From Synechococcus elongatus PCC 6301 (GTDB lineage: Bacteria > Cyanobacteriota > Cyanobacteriia > Synechococcales > Synechococcaceae), in the NCBI RefSeq assembly GCF_000010065.1, contig NC_006576.1, positions 2,490,001 to 2,522,000 on the forward strand: 32,000 bases of DNA. Direction: 5' to 3'. Below, one piece after another: positions 17,334-27,439 of this stretch; positions within the stretch are counted from its first letter, which is position 1, and each line of letters starts with the position of its first letter. The notes under the pieces were generated by a model, which did no database searches, was not told the origin of the DNA, and was given only the letters and a program-made list of their open reading frames with translations. Position numbers and translations under genes: made by a program.

Positions 17334-17377
17334 TGCTAGGAGTCCTTGAACAACAGCATAAGAAGCGATTGTAAGCG

Positions 17378-18637
17378 CTAGCTGAAAATCGCTCCAAAGA
17401 ACTCAACGGCTTCCTTGAGAGACTCGATCAGACGATCGATCTCGTCAGTCGTATTGTAGAAATAACAACTAGCCCGCGCCGTTGATTGGACTTGTAATTC
17501 ACGGTGCAGTGGCTGAGTGCAGTGATGCCCGGCTCGAATCGCAATGCCTGACTGGTCGAGGATGGTCGAGAGATCGTGGGGATGGACTGCACCGGCGGTA
17601 AAGGCGGCGAGGGCAGCGCGATCGCGATCTTGCTCCGGCGTAGGTCCGTAGACGGTCAGCTCAGGAATTTCTGCCAGCCGTTGGAAGAGGTGTTGGGTTA
17701 GCTGCTGTTCGTAGGCGTGAATGCGATCCATGCCGATCGCGGTTAGATAATCAATCGCCGCGCCCAATGCGATCGCTTCTCCAATTGCCGGTGTTCCTGC
17801 TTCGAATTTGTGAGGAAGATCGGCGTAAGTTGCGTGATCAAGGAAGACATCGGCGATCATTTCACCACCGCCGAGGAAGGGCGGCATTTGACGCAACAGG
17901 TCGAGCTTGCCGTAGAGGAAACCAATGCCCGTCGGTGCACACATTTTGTGGCCAGAGCCAACCAGCCAATCGCAATCGATCGCCTGAACATCGATCGCCT
18001 GGTGGGGAAGACTTTGGCAGGCATCAATCAACACCCGCGCACCCTTGGCATGGGCGAGCTGACAAATTTCCGTGACCGGATTGCAGCAACCTAGCGTATT
18101 AGAAACATGGACGACCGACACCAGTTTGGTGCGATCGCTGAGGAGGCTACGGAACTGCTCGAGGTCGAACTGACCGGTCTCAGTCACCCCGACGAATTTC
18201 AGCGCCGCTCCTGTTTTCGCTGCCACAAACTGCCAAGGGATTAGGTTGCTGTGGTGCTCCATCGCCGAGAGGATGATCTCATCACCGGCTTGGAGAAAGT
18301 TCATGCCGAAGCTGTAGGCGACGAGGTTGATCGCCTCGCTGGCATTGCGGGTGTAGACAATCTCCTGTTCCGTCTTGGCGTTGATGAACCGCGCCACCTT
18401 TTGCCGTGCCCCTTCGTAGGCATCCGTTGCCTTGCCGCTCAGGGTGTGGACGCCGCGATGGACGTTGCTGTTGTAGCCCTCGTAGTAATCGACGAGGGAC
18501 TGGATCACCGCTCTCGGTTTTTGCGAAGTGGCCGCATTGTCGAGATAGACCAAGGGCTGACCGTTGACCTGCTGCTGCAGGATCGGAAAGTCGGCACGAA
18601 CCTCAGTCGCAAGATTGGTCAGGGCGATCGCAGTCAT
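17378..18637 (-). CDS. sufS: Cysteine desulfurase, SufS (group II)
   Basis: [25 protein letters not shown], the PLP-Lys region [17 protein letters not shown], and the catalytic Cys loop [10 protein letters not shown] are present. Confidence 0.95.
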   Translation of the reverse strand: MTAIALTNLATEVRADFPILQQQVNGQPLVYLDNAATSQKPRAVIQSLVDYYEGYNSNVHRGVHTLSGKATDAYEGARQKVARFINAKTEQEIVYTRNASEAINLVAYSFGMNFLQAGDEIILSAMEHHSNLIPWQFVAAKTGAALKFVGVTETGQFDLEQFRSLLSDRTKLVSVVHVSNTLGCCNPVTEICQLAHAKGARVLIDACQSLPHQAIDVQAIDCDWLVGSGHKMCAPTGIGFLYGKLDLLRQMPPFLGGGEMIADVFLDHATYADLPHKFEAGTPAIGEAIALGAAIDYLTAIGMDRIHAYEQQLTQHLFQRLAEIPELTVYGPTPEQDRDRAALAAFTAGAVHPHDLSTILDQSGIAIRAGHHCTQPLHRELQVQSTARASCYFYNTTDEIDRLIESLKEAVEFFGAIFS

Positions 18638-18646
18638 GGTTCAGCT

Positions 18647-19975
18647 CTAGGAGGCAGGGGACGGCTCGGGACGTTCGGCGCGGCAGCTGACGCAGCGGCT
18701 CAGGGCTTCGCGTAACTGGGCAGACGGCAGTTTTTGCAGGATTTCGCCAGCGAAGGCTTCAATCAGCAAGTGAGTCGCTTCGGCTTGGTTGAGGCCGCGA
18801 CTTTGCAGATAGAAAATCTCGTCTTCACTCAGTTGGCTGACAGTTGCACCGTGGCTGCACTTGACGTCATCAGCGACGATTTCTAGTTGCGGCTTAGCGT
18901 CAATCCGTGCACGGGACGACAGCAACAGATTTCGGCTCAATTGTGCGGCATCGGTCTGCTGGGCGATTTGCGGCACCACCACGCGACCACTGAACACCGC
19001 CCGACCGCGATCGCTGGCAATGCACTTATGTAGTTGCTGGCTGCGGCCGTGGGGCTGGTTGAAGAACATGCCGCTGTGGGTATCGACGAGGCGATCGCCA
19101 TCCGCCAGACTCAAACCGTCCAGAATCGTCTCGGCCTGAGAGCCATCCTGGGCGGCAAGGTAGTTGTGGCGCGACAGATGAGCGCCAGTGCTGACGGCAA
19201 TGCCGTGGTAGCGACTGTCTCGTTCTTGCCGAACTGCAGTTGTGCCGATATGAATGGCGCGATCGCCATCTCGTTGGACGCGGCTGTGTTTCAGTTGGGC
19301 GTTGGCACCGAGTTGGATTTCGGTGACAGCGTTTACGAAGTAATCCGCCGTGCAGTCATTGCCGAGCGGCGCAAAATCTTCGATCAGGGTCAGGGCGCTA
19401 TTCGCGCCCAGTTCAATCAAGGCACGAGGCTGGCTAAACGCTGTCTCGCTGGTGCTGCTGCTAATCCAGAGCAGATGCAGCGGTTGGGCGATCGCAGCTC
19501 CGGCGGCAACGCGAATCACGGCTGCTTGCCCAAAGCCTGCCGTATTCAGCGTGGCAAACAGGTCGTCGGCCAGTAAGTTTTGGGCGATCGCGGCATCAAA
19601 GCCCACCGTCAGGCTCAGTCCTTCTGGCCAATCCGCGCTGGAGAGATCGGCGCGAAACTGACCATCGACAAAGACGGCTCGTAGCGGTACATCCGCCAGC
19701 AACAGCGGTTCGACAAATTCAGCCTTTGCCTGAGCTGGAGCAGCGACAAAGGAGCGCTTGGGCAGCAGCGACAGATCGGTAAAGCGCCAGTCTTCAACCT
19801 TGGTCGAGGGAATCGCCAGATCCGTGAGGCGATCGCGGGCTTGGGCCTGTAACGATTCAGCGCCTGCAGCGGACTGCCCCAAGTCCAGCAGTTGCTGCAG
19901 AACGGTTTGTCGCTGCTCAACGGCAGAAATCGGTGCGGCGTCGGAGTTGACTTGCTCCAGCACAGAAAGCGTCAT
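18647..19975 (-). CDS. sufD: Fe-S cluster assembly protein SufD
   Basis: The position between sufC and sufS and the SufB/D beta-helix C-terminal region (KCSHGATVSQLSEDEIFYLQSRGL) support the call. The ATG at complement 19973-19975 overlaps the sufC TAA by 1 nt, and the track ORF is 12 codons longer. Confidence 0.9.
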   Translation of the reverse strand: MTLSVLEQVNSDAAPISAVEQRQTVLQQLLDLGQSAAGAESLQAQARDRLTDLAIPSTKVEDWRFTDLSLLPKRSFVAAPAQAKAEFVEPLLLADVPLRAVFVDGQFRADLSSADWPEGLSLTVGFDAAIAQNLLADDLFATLNTAGFGQAAVIRVAAGAAIAQPLHLLWISSSTSETAFSQPRALIELGANSALTLIEDFAPLGNDCTADYFVNAVTEIQLGANAQLKHSRVQRDGDRAIHIGTTAVRQERDSRYHGIAVSTGAHLSRHNYLAAQDGSQAETILDGLSLADGDRLVDTHSGMFFNQPHGRSQQLHKCIASDRGRAVFSGRVVVPQIAQQTDAAQLSRNLLLSSRARIDAKPQLEIVADDVKCSHGATVSQLSEDEIFYLQSRGLNQAEATHLLIEAFAGEILQKLPSAQLREALSRCVSCRAERPEPSPAS

Positions 19976-20760
19976 TAGACTGCCGCTCCTGCCAAAGCTT
20001 GATCCACCCATTCGTAGCCGGTTTCTTCCAGCTCCAGCGCCAACTCGGGGCCGCCGGTGCGGATGATTCGGCCTTCCGCCATCACATGGACAAAGTCGGG
20101 TTTGATGTAGTCGAGCAAGCGCTGATAGTGCGTGATCAAAATCGTGGCGTTGTCAGCATTGGTCAACTGATTGACGCCATCGGAGACGATCCGCAGAGCA
20201 TCAATATCTAGCCCCGAATCGGTTTCATCCAAGATCGCCAGACTTGGCTCTAGCAGTGCCATCTGCAGAATTTCGTTGCGCTTTTTCTCGCCGCCTGAAA
20301 AGCCTTCGTTGACACCCCGACCGAGGAAATCAGGATTCATTTTGACCACATCCAAGCGAGCTTCCACTAACTCTTGGAAGTCAAAGGCGTCCAATTCTTC
20401 TTGCCCCGCAGCTTTGCGACGGGCATTGACCGCCACGCGCAGGAAATCGAGATTGCTGACGCCGGGAATTTCCAGCGGATATTGGAACGCTAAAAAGACT
20501 CCCGCTTGCGATCGCTCTTCCGGTTCGAGTGCCAGCAAATCCTGCCCTTTGTAGGTGATACTGCCACCGGTGACACGGTAGGCCGGATGCCCTGCCAGCA
20601 CTTTGGATAGGGTGCTTTTGCCGGAGCCATTGCGGCCCATAATCGCGTGGATTTCACCGGCGCGAACTTCGAGGTTGACGCCCTTGAGAATGGCCGCGTC
20701 CTCCACCTCAGCGGTCAGATCCTGAATCGACAGGATCACATCACTGTTTTCGATAATCAC
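19975..20760 (-). CDS. sufC: Fe-S cluster assembly ATPase SufC
   Basis: Walker [10 protein letters not shown], the ABC signature [13 protein letters not shown] and Walker [13 protein letters not shown] are present. Confidence 0.95.
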   Translation of the reverse strand: MIIENSDVILSIQDLTAEVEDAAILKGVNLEVRAGEIHAIMGRNGSGKSTLSKVLAGHPAYRVTGGSITYKGQDLLALEPEERSQAGVFLAFQYPLEIPGVSNLDFLRVAVNARRKAAGQEELDAFDFQELVEARLDVVKMNPDFLGRGVNEGFSGGEKKRNEILQMALLEPSLAILDETDSGLDIDALRIVSDGVNQLTNADNATILITHYQRLLDYIKPDFVHVMAEGRIIRTGGPELALELEETGYEWVDQALAGAAV

Positions 20761-20805
20761 GAGTCGTTCCTAAGCAGAAAGCGATGGGTCAAATGAAGAA
20801 GGTAG

Positions 20806-22245
<1,440 letters not shown>

Positions 22246-22292
22246 GAATTGCGGTTCTCTCTCGGGGCGGCAGCAGACGGACGGGGAACAGG

Positions 22293-22655
22293 CTAAGCAG
22301 GCTGGGTCGTGGCACGGATTTGCTCAAGGCTGATCTCTTGATTCGGCCCGGCAAATTCGTTATCTGGCGTCAAGAACAGCATGCAGTGGCATTCCTTGCG
22401 CTCCCGCATGGGCACGCAGGGACAGTTCCAAAACGCTACTTCCACTTCCGCTTGTTTGTCTTCGTAGTGGCGACAAGGACAGAGGGCGGCGCCCAAGTCT
22501 TCCTTGTGCTTGGCAAGGCCTTCCAGCACCACTGCCGTTACCCCCGGATCGACACAAAAGTAGGTGCCGCTCCGCTTGGCGTAGGTTTCAGCAAACTTCC
22601 GCATTGTCTCCAAGCTTTTGTCGGAGGCTGAAGCTGGGCTGGTCGTCTGGGTCAT
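22293..22655 (-). CDS. ftrC: Ferredoxin-thioredoxin reductase, catalytic (beta) subunit
   Basis: The diagnostic cysteine pattern is CPCRHY ... [17 protein letters not shown] (CPC-x-CPC-x-CHC). The size of 120 aa is as expected. Confidence 0.9.
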   Translation of the reverse strand: MTQTTSPASASDKSLETMRKFAETYAKRSGTYFCVDPGVTAVVLEGLAKHKEDLGAALCPCRHYEDKQAEVEVAFWNCPCVPMRERKECHCMLFLTPDNEFAGPNQEISLEQIRATTQPA

Positions 22656-22699
22656 GGGAAGAAGAGGGGAATGACGAAGTCGGTATAATCTGGGTTGAA

Positions 22700-22713
22700 C
22701 AACACAGACGTTG
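22700..22713. promoter_or_regulatory. SufR operator-like palindrome 1 (CAAC-N6-GTTG)
   Basis: CAACACAGACGTTG was read directly. It is preceded by TTGAA, giving the 10-mer TTGAACAACA shared with site 2. A TATAAT hexamer on the + strand lies at 22684-22689, just upstream. Confidence 0.65.
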
Positions 22714-22737
22714 CTTAACTACCTTAGGTTATTTGAA

Positions 22738-22751
22738 CAACATCAATGTTG
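22738..22751. promoter_or_regulatory. SufR operator-like palindrome 2 (CAAC-N6-GTTG)
   Basis: CAACATCAATGTTG was read directly. It overlaps a minus-strand TTGACA hexamer (complement of 22749-22754) that could be the -35 box of the ftrC-suf transcript. Confidence 0.65.
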
Positions 22752-22830
22752 TCAAAGTCTTGGGTCAAAGTGCGTCTGCTGCGATCGCTGCCAAGTCCAA
22801 CCAGATTCCCTCTTGCATTGTAGAAAGCGA

Positions 22831-23475
22831 ATGCCCCCCGCTCACAGCCCTACAACGAAAGAAGCGATTCTCAGTCTCTTGCTAGAGCAGGGGCAGGCTA
22901 CATCTGCTGCGATCGCCGAAGCCCTAGCGATCAGTCTCCAAGCAGTGCGTCGGCATCTCAAGGATTTGGCCACGGAAGGCTTGATTGAGCAGGAAGCGGT
23001 GGTCGCTGGCCTAGGGCGACCCCAATATCACTTCCGGCTGAGTCGCCAAGGGCGATCCCAGTTTCCCAGTAGCCACGATCGCTTTGCGGTGGATTTGCTG
23101 GACAGTCTCTCCGAAATGCTGCCGCCCCAAGAATTTGAAGCGGTCTTGGCTCACCAATGGCGCCGCAAGGCTGAAACCTACCGCCGTCAGTTGGGGCAAG
23201 GCAGTCTGGCCGATCGCTTGCAGCAGTTGGCAGCCTTGCGCCAAGCCGAAGGATTTATGGCCGAAGTCCATCCAGCACCCGATCGTAGCCCGCCCGCTTT
23301 TGTGATCACGGAATATAACTGCGCGATCGCCAGTGTCGCTGAGTCTTTTCCCCGCGTTTGTGACCACGAGCTAGCCCTGTTTGCCGAAACCCTGCCCGAC
23401 TGCCATGTGGAGCGCACCCACTGGTTAATCGATGGTGAGCATCGCTGTGGCTACTTGATTCAACCCCAACCATGA
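22831..23475 (+). CDS. sufR: Fe-S cluster biogenesis transcriptional repressor SufR (DeoR/ArsR-type wHTH plus C-terminal Cys cluster domain)
   Basis: The wHTH reads TKEAILSLLLEQGQATSAAIAEALAISLQAVRRHLKDLATEGLI. The C-terminal Cys ligands read CAIASVAESFPRVCDHE...CHVERTHWLIDGEHRCGY. It is divergent from the suf genes. ATG 22831 is chosen because the longer track ORF (22711) would run through the operator sites. Confidence 0.9.
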   Translation: MPPAHSPTTKEAILSLLLEQGQATSAAIAEALAISLQAVRRHLKDLATEGLIEQEAVVAGLGRPQYHFRLSRQGRSQFPSSHDRFAVDLLDSLSEMLPPQEFEAVLAHQWRRKAETYRRQLGQGSLADRLQQLAALRQAEGFMAEVHPAPDRSPPAFVITEYNCAIASVAESFPRVCDHELALFAETLPDCHVERTHWLIDGEHRCGYLIQPQP

Positions 23476-23882
23476 CTGCTGATCCTTTTGCCAACTTGCT
23501 CAGCCTTGAGGAAGTGTCTGCGATCGAAGCGACCTTGCTCCCCGCTCGCGATCGCTTCTCTTTGCGACTGGCGGCCTATTCCCTGCGTCTCCTGCAAGCC
23601 TTGGCTGCTGATCAGCAATTGGCGATCGCCGCGATCGAAGCCCCTCAGCTTCAAACTTGGCTGCAACAGTCTCCCCAACTTGCTGAGGCCCTAAAGCAAC
23701 AAGGTTTGACCGTCGATCAGTCGTTTCTCGACTTTTGGACAAGACTGTTGCTCTCCGCAAAGCAACCTTTGATGCAAGCAGCCGAATTGGCGGCAGTCTC
23801 GCTGGAACAGTTGCAATTGACGACGGTGATCGACTGGTATCGCCAGCAATTTCAGCCGAATGCTGGGTTGCCGACGGCATGA
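23472..23882 (+). CDS. Hypothetical protein (136 aa), Ala/Leu/Gln-rich and predicted helical, no recognisable domain
   Basis: It is the only ORF covering this interval. Its ATG overlaps the sufR TGA (ATGA at 23472-23475), and its TGA overlaps the next ATG (ATGA at 23879-23882). Confidence 0.55.
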   Translation: MTADPFANLLSLEEVSAIEATLLPARDRFSLRLAAYSLRLLQALAADQQLAIAAIEAPQLQTWLQQSPQLAEALKQQGLTVDQSFLDFWTRLLLSAKQPLMQAAELAAVSLEQLQLTTVIDWYRQQFQPNAGLPTA

Positions 23883-24364
23883 CGGCTGTTTTACAGGTCA
23901 ATTGGCTGGCCTATCAAGCCCTGATCGAGAAAGTTGCGATCGCGATTGACCAATCAGGCTGGAGGCCGCAGCAAGTGTTAGCGATCGCACGAGGTGGGCT
24001 CTATCTCGGCGATGCACTCTCGCGCATTCTGCAAGTGCCGCTGGCCGTGATGGCCGTGCAGTCCTATGGCGGTGAGGCGGGACGCGATCGTGGGGCTGTC
24101 CAGATTGGTGCCAACATCGCCATGACCAGCGATCGCCTCTTGAGTCCGCTACTGCTGGTTGATGACCTGGTGGATTCTGGCGAAACCCTGCAGCAGGCGA
24201 TCGCTTGGTTGCAACAAACCCAAGACGTGACGGAGCTGCGAACGGCTGTCCTGTGGCAGAAACCTAGTAGTTCGTTTCAGCCAGATTTTGCTGCCCAAGT
24301 CCTGACTGATAATCCTTGGATTGAGCAACCATTCGAACTCTACGATCGCTGGAATCGCCGATAA
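23879..24364 (+). CDS. Phosphoribosyltransferase, xanthine-guanine PRTase (Gpt)-like
   Basis: The PRPP-binding loop is LLLVDDLVDSGETL. IARGGLYLGDALSR and the C-terminal NPWIEQPFE parallel E. coli Gpt (AVSRGGLVPGALLAR, VIDDLVDTGGT, TWIEQPWD). ATG 23879 is chosen over the longer track ORF. Confidence 0.8.
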   Translation: MTAVLQVNWLAYQALIEKVAIAIDQSGWRPQQVLAIARGGLYLGDALSRILQVPLAVMAVQSYGGEAGRDRGAVQIGANIAMTSDRLLSPLLLVDDLVDSGETLQQAIAWLQQTQDVTELRTAVLWQKPSSSFQPDFAAQVLTDNPWIEQPFELYDRWNRR

Positions 24365-24409
24365 CTCAGGCTGCTGACTAGGCTGTCTTAGCAGGCGCTT
24401 GGCTGAGGA

Positions 24410-25000
24410 TTAGACCAGTTGAGCGCCGTAGTAATCCGGCTCTTGGCCCGGATGCCACTTGATGTTGCAGCCAATGCTAGGTTTTTGGTCAGCGCTGGGA
24501 GCGTCTCCTGTGAGGACTGCCGTAATCGCGGCTCGCAGGTCGGCCCCCGTCACTGGGCGATCGCTACTGGGGCGACTGTCATCGAGTTGACCCCGATAGA
24601 CCAAGCGGCGATCGCGATCGAACAGGAAGAAATCGGGGGTGCAAGCGGCGGTGTAGGCTTTGGCGATCGCTTGGGTTTCGTCCAGACAGTAGGGGAAGGT
24701 AAAGCCGAGTCGCTCAGCCTGGGCTTTGAGCTGCTCCGGGCCATCTTGGGGATGGGTTTCCAAGCTGTTGGGGCTGATCGCCACAATGCCCAAGTCGAGG
24801 TAATCCCGTCCAATCGCAGCCAGTTCTTCCTCGACGTGTTTGACAAACGGACAGTGCTGGCAGATGAACATCACCAAGAGGCCGGCGCGATCGCTGAAAT
24901 CTGCTAACTGAACAGTTCGGCCCGATACCACATCCGGCAGAGCAAAATCAGGCGCCGCAGTGCCTAAGGCCAGCATGGTCGAAGCTGTTTTTGCCATCAT
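24410..25000 (-). CDS. Thioredoxin-fold thiol-disulfide oxidoreductase (AhpC/TSA-TlpA-like redoxin)
   Basis: LGTAAPDFALPD is followed by the CxxC active site FICQHCPFV in the usual redoxin spacing. Confidence 0.8.
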   Translation of the reverse strand: MMAKTASTMLALGTAAPDFALPDVVSGRTVQLADFSDRAGLLVMFICQHCPFVKHVEEELAAIGRDYLDLGIVAISPNSLETHPQDGPEQLKAQAERLGFTFPYCLDETQAIAKAYTAACTPDFFLFDRDRRLVYRGQLDDSRPSSDRPVTGADLRAAITAVLTGDAPSADQKPSIGCNIKWHPGQEPDYYGAQLV

Positions 25001-25044
25001 CCCTGAGCAGAATTCATCTGTCCTTGATGCTGTCGGATTCTGGC

Positions 25045-26157
25045 CTAGTCATCAAGTTCCGAGTCTGGGTGATCGCCCGGAAAACTGATGATATGCAGGT
25101 CAATGCCTTGACCCCGCAGCCGTTGCAGCAGGCGATCGGTCAGGGGTCGCTGCCACCACCATAGCCGTCGGCTGGTCGGACTTTCGCCAATCACCACCTG
25201 TGTGACGCGCTGTTCCGTCGCAACCTTGACGATCGCTCCCACTACATCGGTGCTTTCTACCCGCAAAAAAGCGCCCTCAAACATCCCGCAGAGGCGATCG
25301 CAGGTTTCTAGCTGCAGGACTTCGGCCTTGGTCAAAAACCGTTGCGGGTCTGCCACAAACAGGACGTAGAGCCGGGCATCCATTGCGCCACTCAGGCGGG
25401 CAGCCCGTCGGAGGAGACGGATCGATTGCGGATGGGTGGAGAGACAGACCAAGACACGCTCTCGTACACTAATGGCACCGGTACGAGTGCCAGCGGCTTG
25501 CTCTTCAATGCTGTCGGCGACCGATCGCAGCGCTAGTTCTCGCAGGGCAACGAGATGGTGCCGCCGGAAGAAATTTGTGAGTGCTTGCGGCACCTTATCG
25601 AGGGCATAGATCCGCCCTTCCCGCAGCCGTTCTTCTAGGGTTTCAGGTGTGACATCGACCACCACGACTTCGTCCGCTTCCTCCAGCAGGCGATCGGGAA
25701 TTCGTTCGCGTACGATCACGCCGGTGATCCGCGCCACCAAATCATTCAGGCTTTCCAAATGCTGGATGTTGACGGTGGAATAGACATCTAGACCCGCCGC
25801 CAGCAACAGTTCTACATCCTGATAGCGCTTCTCGTGCTCTGAACCTGGGGCATTGGTGTGGGCCAGCTCATCGATCAGTACTAGCTGAGGCTGTCGCTGC
25901 AGGATGGCTTCGATATCCACTTCACTGAGGACAACCCCGTTGTAGTCGAGCTGACGCGGGGCGACTAGCTCCAGTCCTTGGGCTTGCTGGCGGGTTTCCT
26001 GTCGTCCGTGGGTTTCCAGAAGACCAATGACTACGTCCAGTCCTTCACTGTGCAGCTGCTGCCCCTCCTGCAACATCCGATAGGTTTTGCCCACACCGGG
26101 GGCCATACCGATAAAGACTTTGTGGCGGCCCCGGCGGGCTTTGAGCAGTGTTGTCAT
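25045..26157 (-). CDS. kdpD: KdpD N-terminal sensor domain plus USP-like domain protein (truncated KdpD with no TM or histidine kinase part)
   Basis: From the ATG at complement 26155-26157 the sequence reads MTTLLKARRGRHKVFIGMAPGVGKTYRMLQEGQQLHSEGLDVVIGLLETHGR, the KdpD N-terminal P-loop region. The USP-like part is RVLVCLSTHPQSIRLLRRAARL...TQVVIGES. The 120 upstream codons of the track ORF are Arg/Pro-rich and overlap a better membrane ORF in another frame. Confidence 0.85.
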   Translation of the reverse strand: MTTLLKARRGRHKVFIGMAPGVGKTYRMLQEGQQLHSEGLDVVIGLLETHGRQETRQQAQGLELVAPRQLDYNGVVLSEVDIEAILQRQPQLVLIDELAHTNAPGSEHEKRYQDVELLLAAGLDVYSTVNIQHLESLNDLVARITGVIVRERIPDRLLEEADEVVVVDVTPETLEERLREGRIYALDKVPQALTNFFRRHHLVALRELALRSVADSIEEQAAGTRTGAISVRERVLVCLSTHPQSIRLLRRAARLSGAMDARLYVLFVADPQRFLTKAEVLQLETCDRLCGMFEGAFLRVESTDVVGAIVKVATEQRVTQVVIGESPTSRRLWWWQRPLTDRLLQRLRGQGIDLHIISFPGDHPDSELDD

Positions 26158-26162
26158 GCCAG

Positions 26163-26717
26163 CTAGGAAAGGGAAACTGCGATCGCAGTGGGAGCCATCC
26201 ATTCGGGTTGCCCAAGGCGGAGGCCAGCAGCACTGAGACTCTCGCAGGAGTTTCGGCTGCAGTAGCGTGCCCAACTGATCGTCAGGGCGATCGCCAAGAT
26301 GCTGTAGCCGACGACCACAACCCAGCGCAGCCAGCGTCGAATTTGCGGAGGACTGCACTGCAGGAACGCCAAGATCCCCAGGGTGGCACCAACCACGAGG
26401 CCCAGCGGCAAGAGGATCACTGCAAACACCAGAACGTAAACGCCGGCGTAGGGACCGCCACCAATCAGGCCTGGAATGACGCCGATCGGGAGCAGGGTCA
26501 GCAGCAACACGCCCCAAAAACTACCCAGAACGCTGCCCAGAAGACTGCGCCGCCAGCGTCGATTGATGGCTCCAGCGATCGCGCCAATCAGACCGCCCCC
26601 CACCAGAGCGATCGCAGCGGCCGCGATCGTGCCTCGAATCAGGTCGAAGAGGACTTGTTGGAAGAGCAGAGCAATCATCACCGTTGCAACGGGTCTCAGC
26701 GCTGCTAGCGTACCCAA
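26163..26717 (-). CDS. Glycine-rich polytopic membrane protein (about 171-184 aa), unknown function
   Basis: It has four to five hydrophobic segments rich in small-xxx-small motifs (AAAAIALVGGGLIGAIAGAI, GVIPGLIGGGPYAGVYVLVF). Its stop lies 5 nt before the KdpD-N start. The start is TTG 26717 or ATG 26678. Confidence 0.55.
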   Translation of the reverse strand: MGTLAALRPVATVMIALLFQQVLFDLIRGTIAAAAIALVGGGLIGAIAGAINRRWRRSLLGSVLGSFWGVLLLTLLPIGVIPGLIGGGPYAGVYVLVFAVILLPLGLVVGATLGILAFLQCSPPQIRRWLRWVVVVGYSILAIALTISWARYCSRNSCESLSAAGLRLGQPEWMAPTAIAVSLS

Positions 26718-26830
26718 TGGGGTCGGAAATGGCTTGGCGATCGGGGAATGGGGAACCGAGCGCAGACGGGAAGCGATCGCCGCGTTATGCTGCTTTGCGA
26801 GGTGGAGGCTGACCCTCGCAGGGGAAAAAC

Positions 26831-27412
26831 TTGTCGCTAACGGGATTGCTCTGGGCCGGAATTGGATTGCTCCTGACGATCGCAGGAACTTTTATTGAAC
26901 CGGCAATTTTGGTGCCGAGCTGGCAAGAAGGGAGTCTACGGTGGTTGACCTATTCGTTAACCAGCTCAGCCCAAGTGGCAGCAATGCTGCTCACGAGCTG
27001 CATGGGCGGCGCCGAAGCTAGTTTTCTAGCCCAGGTTGCTTATCTGGCCCTCGGCTTGAGCCGCTATCCCGTTTTTAGCCAAGGTGGCGGGCTCGGCTAT
27101 TGGCAAGAGCCGGGCTTTGGCTTTTTGATTGGTTTCTTACCAGCCGCTTGGCTCTGCGGCCGTTGGGCGTTTCGGCAACCTGTCACGCTGGAGCATCTCA
27201 GCTTAGGTTGCCTGCTGGGTCTGGCGACGGTCCAGTTTTTTGGGGCTATCTATCTGGGGCTACTGACCTTAGGCGGTGGCTTACATGGCGGGGCCACAGC
27301 TTTGCCAGGTTTGCTCTGGCAGTACAACATTTGGCCCCTCTCGGGACAGTTGGCGCTTGTCTGTGGTGTCACCCTGATCGCCTTTCTGTTGCGACGGCTT
27401 CTGCTCTACTAG
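26831..27412 (+). CDS. bioY: BioY-family biotin transporter S-component
   Basis: A 193-aa protein with 5-6 TM segments. QVAAMLLTSCMGGAEASFLAQVAYLALGL...PVFSQGGGLGYWQEPGFGFLIGFLPAAWLCG matches the conserved BioY core (G.P.F..GGG......PT.GYL.GF...A). The start codon is TTG. Confidence 0.7.
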   Translation: MSLTGLLWAGIGLLLTIAGTFIEPAILVPSWQEGSLRWLTYSLTSSAQVAAMLLTSCMGGAEASFLAQVAYLALGLSRYPVFSQGGGLGYWQEPGFGFLIGFLPAAWLCGRWAFRQPVTLEHLSLGCLLGLATVQFFGAIYLGLLTLGGGLHGGATALPGLLWQYNIWPLSGQLALVCGVTLIAFLLRRLLLY

Positions 27413-27439
27413 AAAGGTTGCTCTGTACCCCTGACTTGG

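Noticed and set aside
22711-22830. A Cys-rich N-terminal extension of the sufR ORF (MLNYLRLFEQHQCCQSLGSKCVCCDRCQ...) looked like a metal-binding domain.
   Set aside because: It starts at a TTG and runs straight through the two CAAC-N6-GTTG operator palindromes and the AT-rich promoter region. The canonical SufR wHTH begins right after ATG 22831. The extension is most likely untranslated.
24365-24409. Possible bidirectional terminator between the convergent PRTase and thioredoxin-like genes.
   Set aside because: Only imperfect complementarity (CTCAG...CTGAG with interrupted GCTGCT/AGCAGG) and no U/A tracts are present, which is too weak to call.
26158-26517. A 120-codon N-terminal extension of the KdpD-like ORF gives a 490-aa protein.
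   Set aside because: The extension is Arg/Pro/Trp-rich with no KdpD similarity. It overlaps, in another frame, a convincing multi-TM ORF (26163-26717). The KdpD homology starts exactly at the internal ATG (26157).
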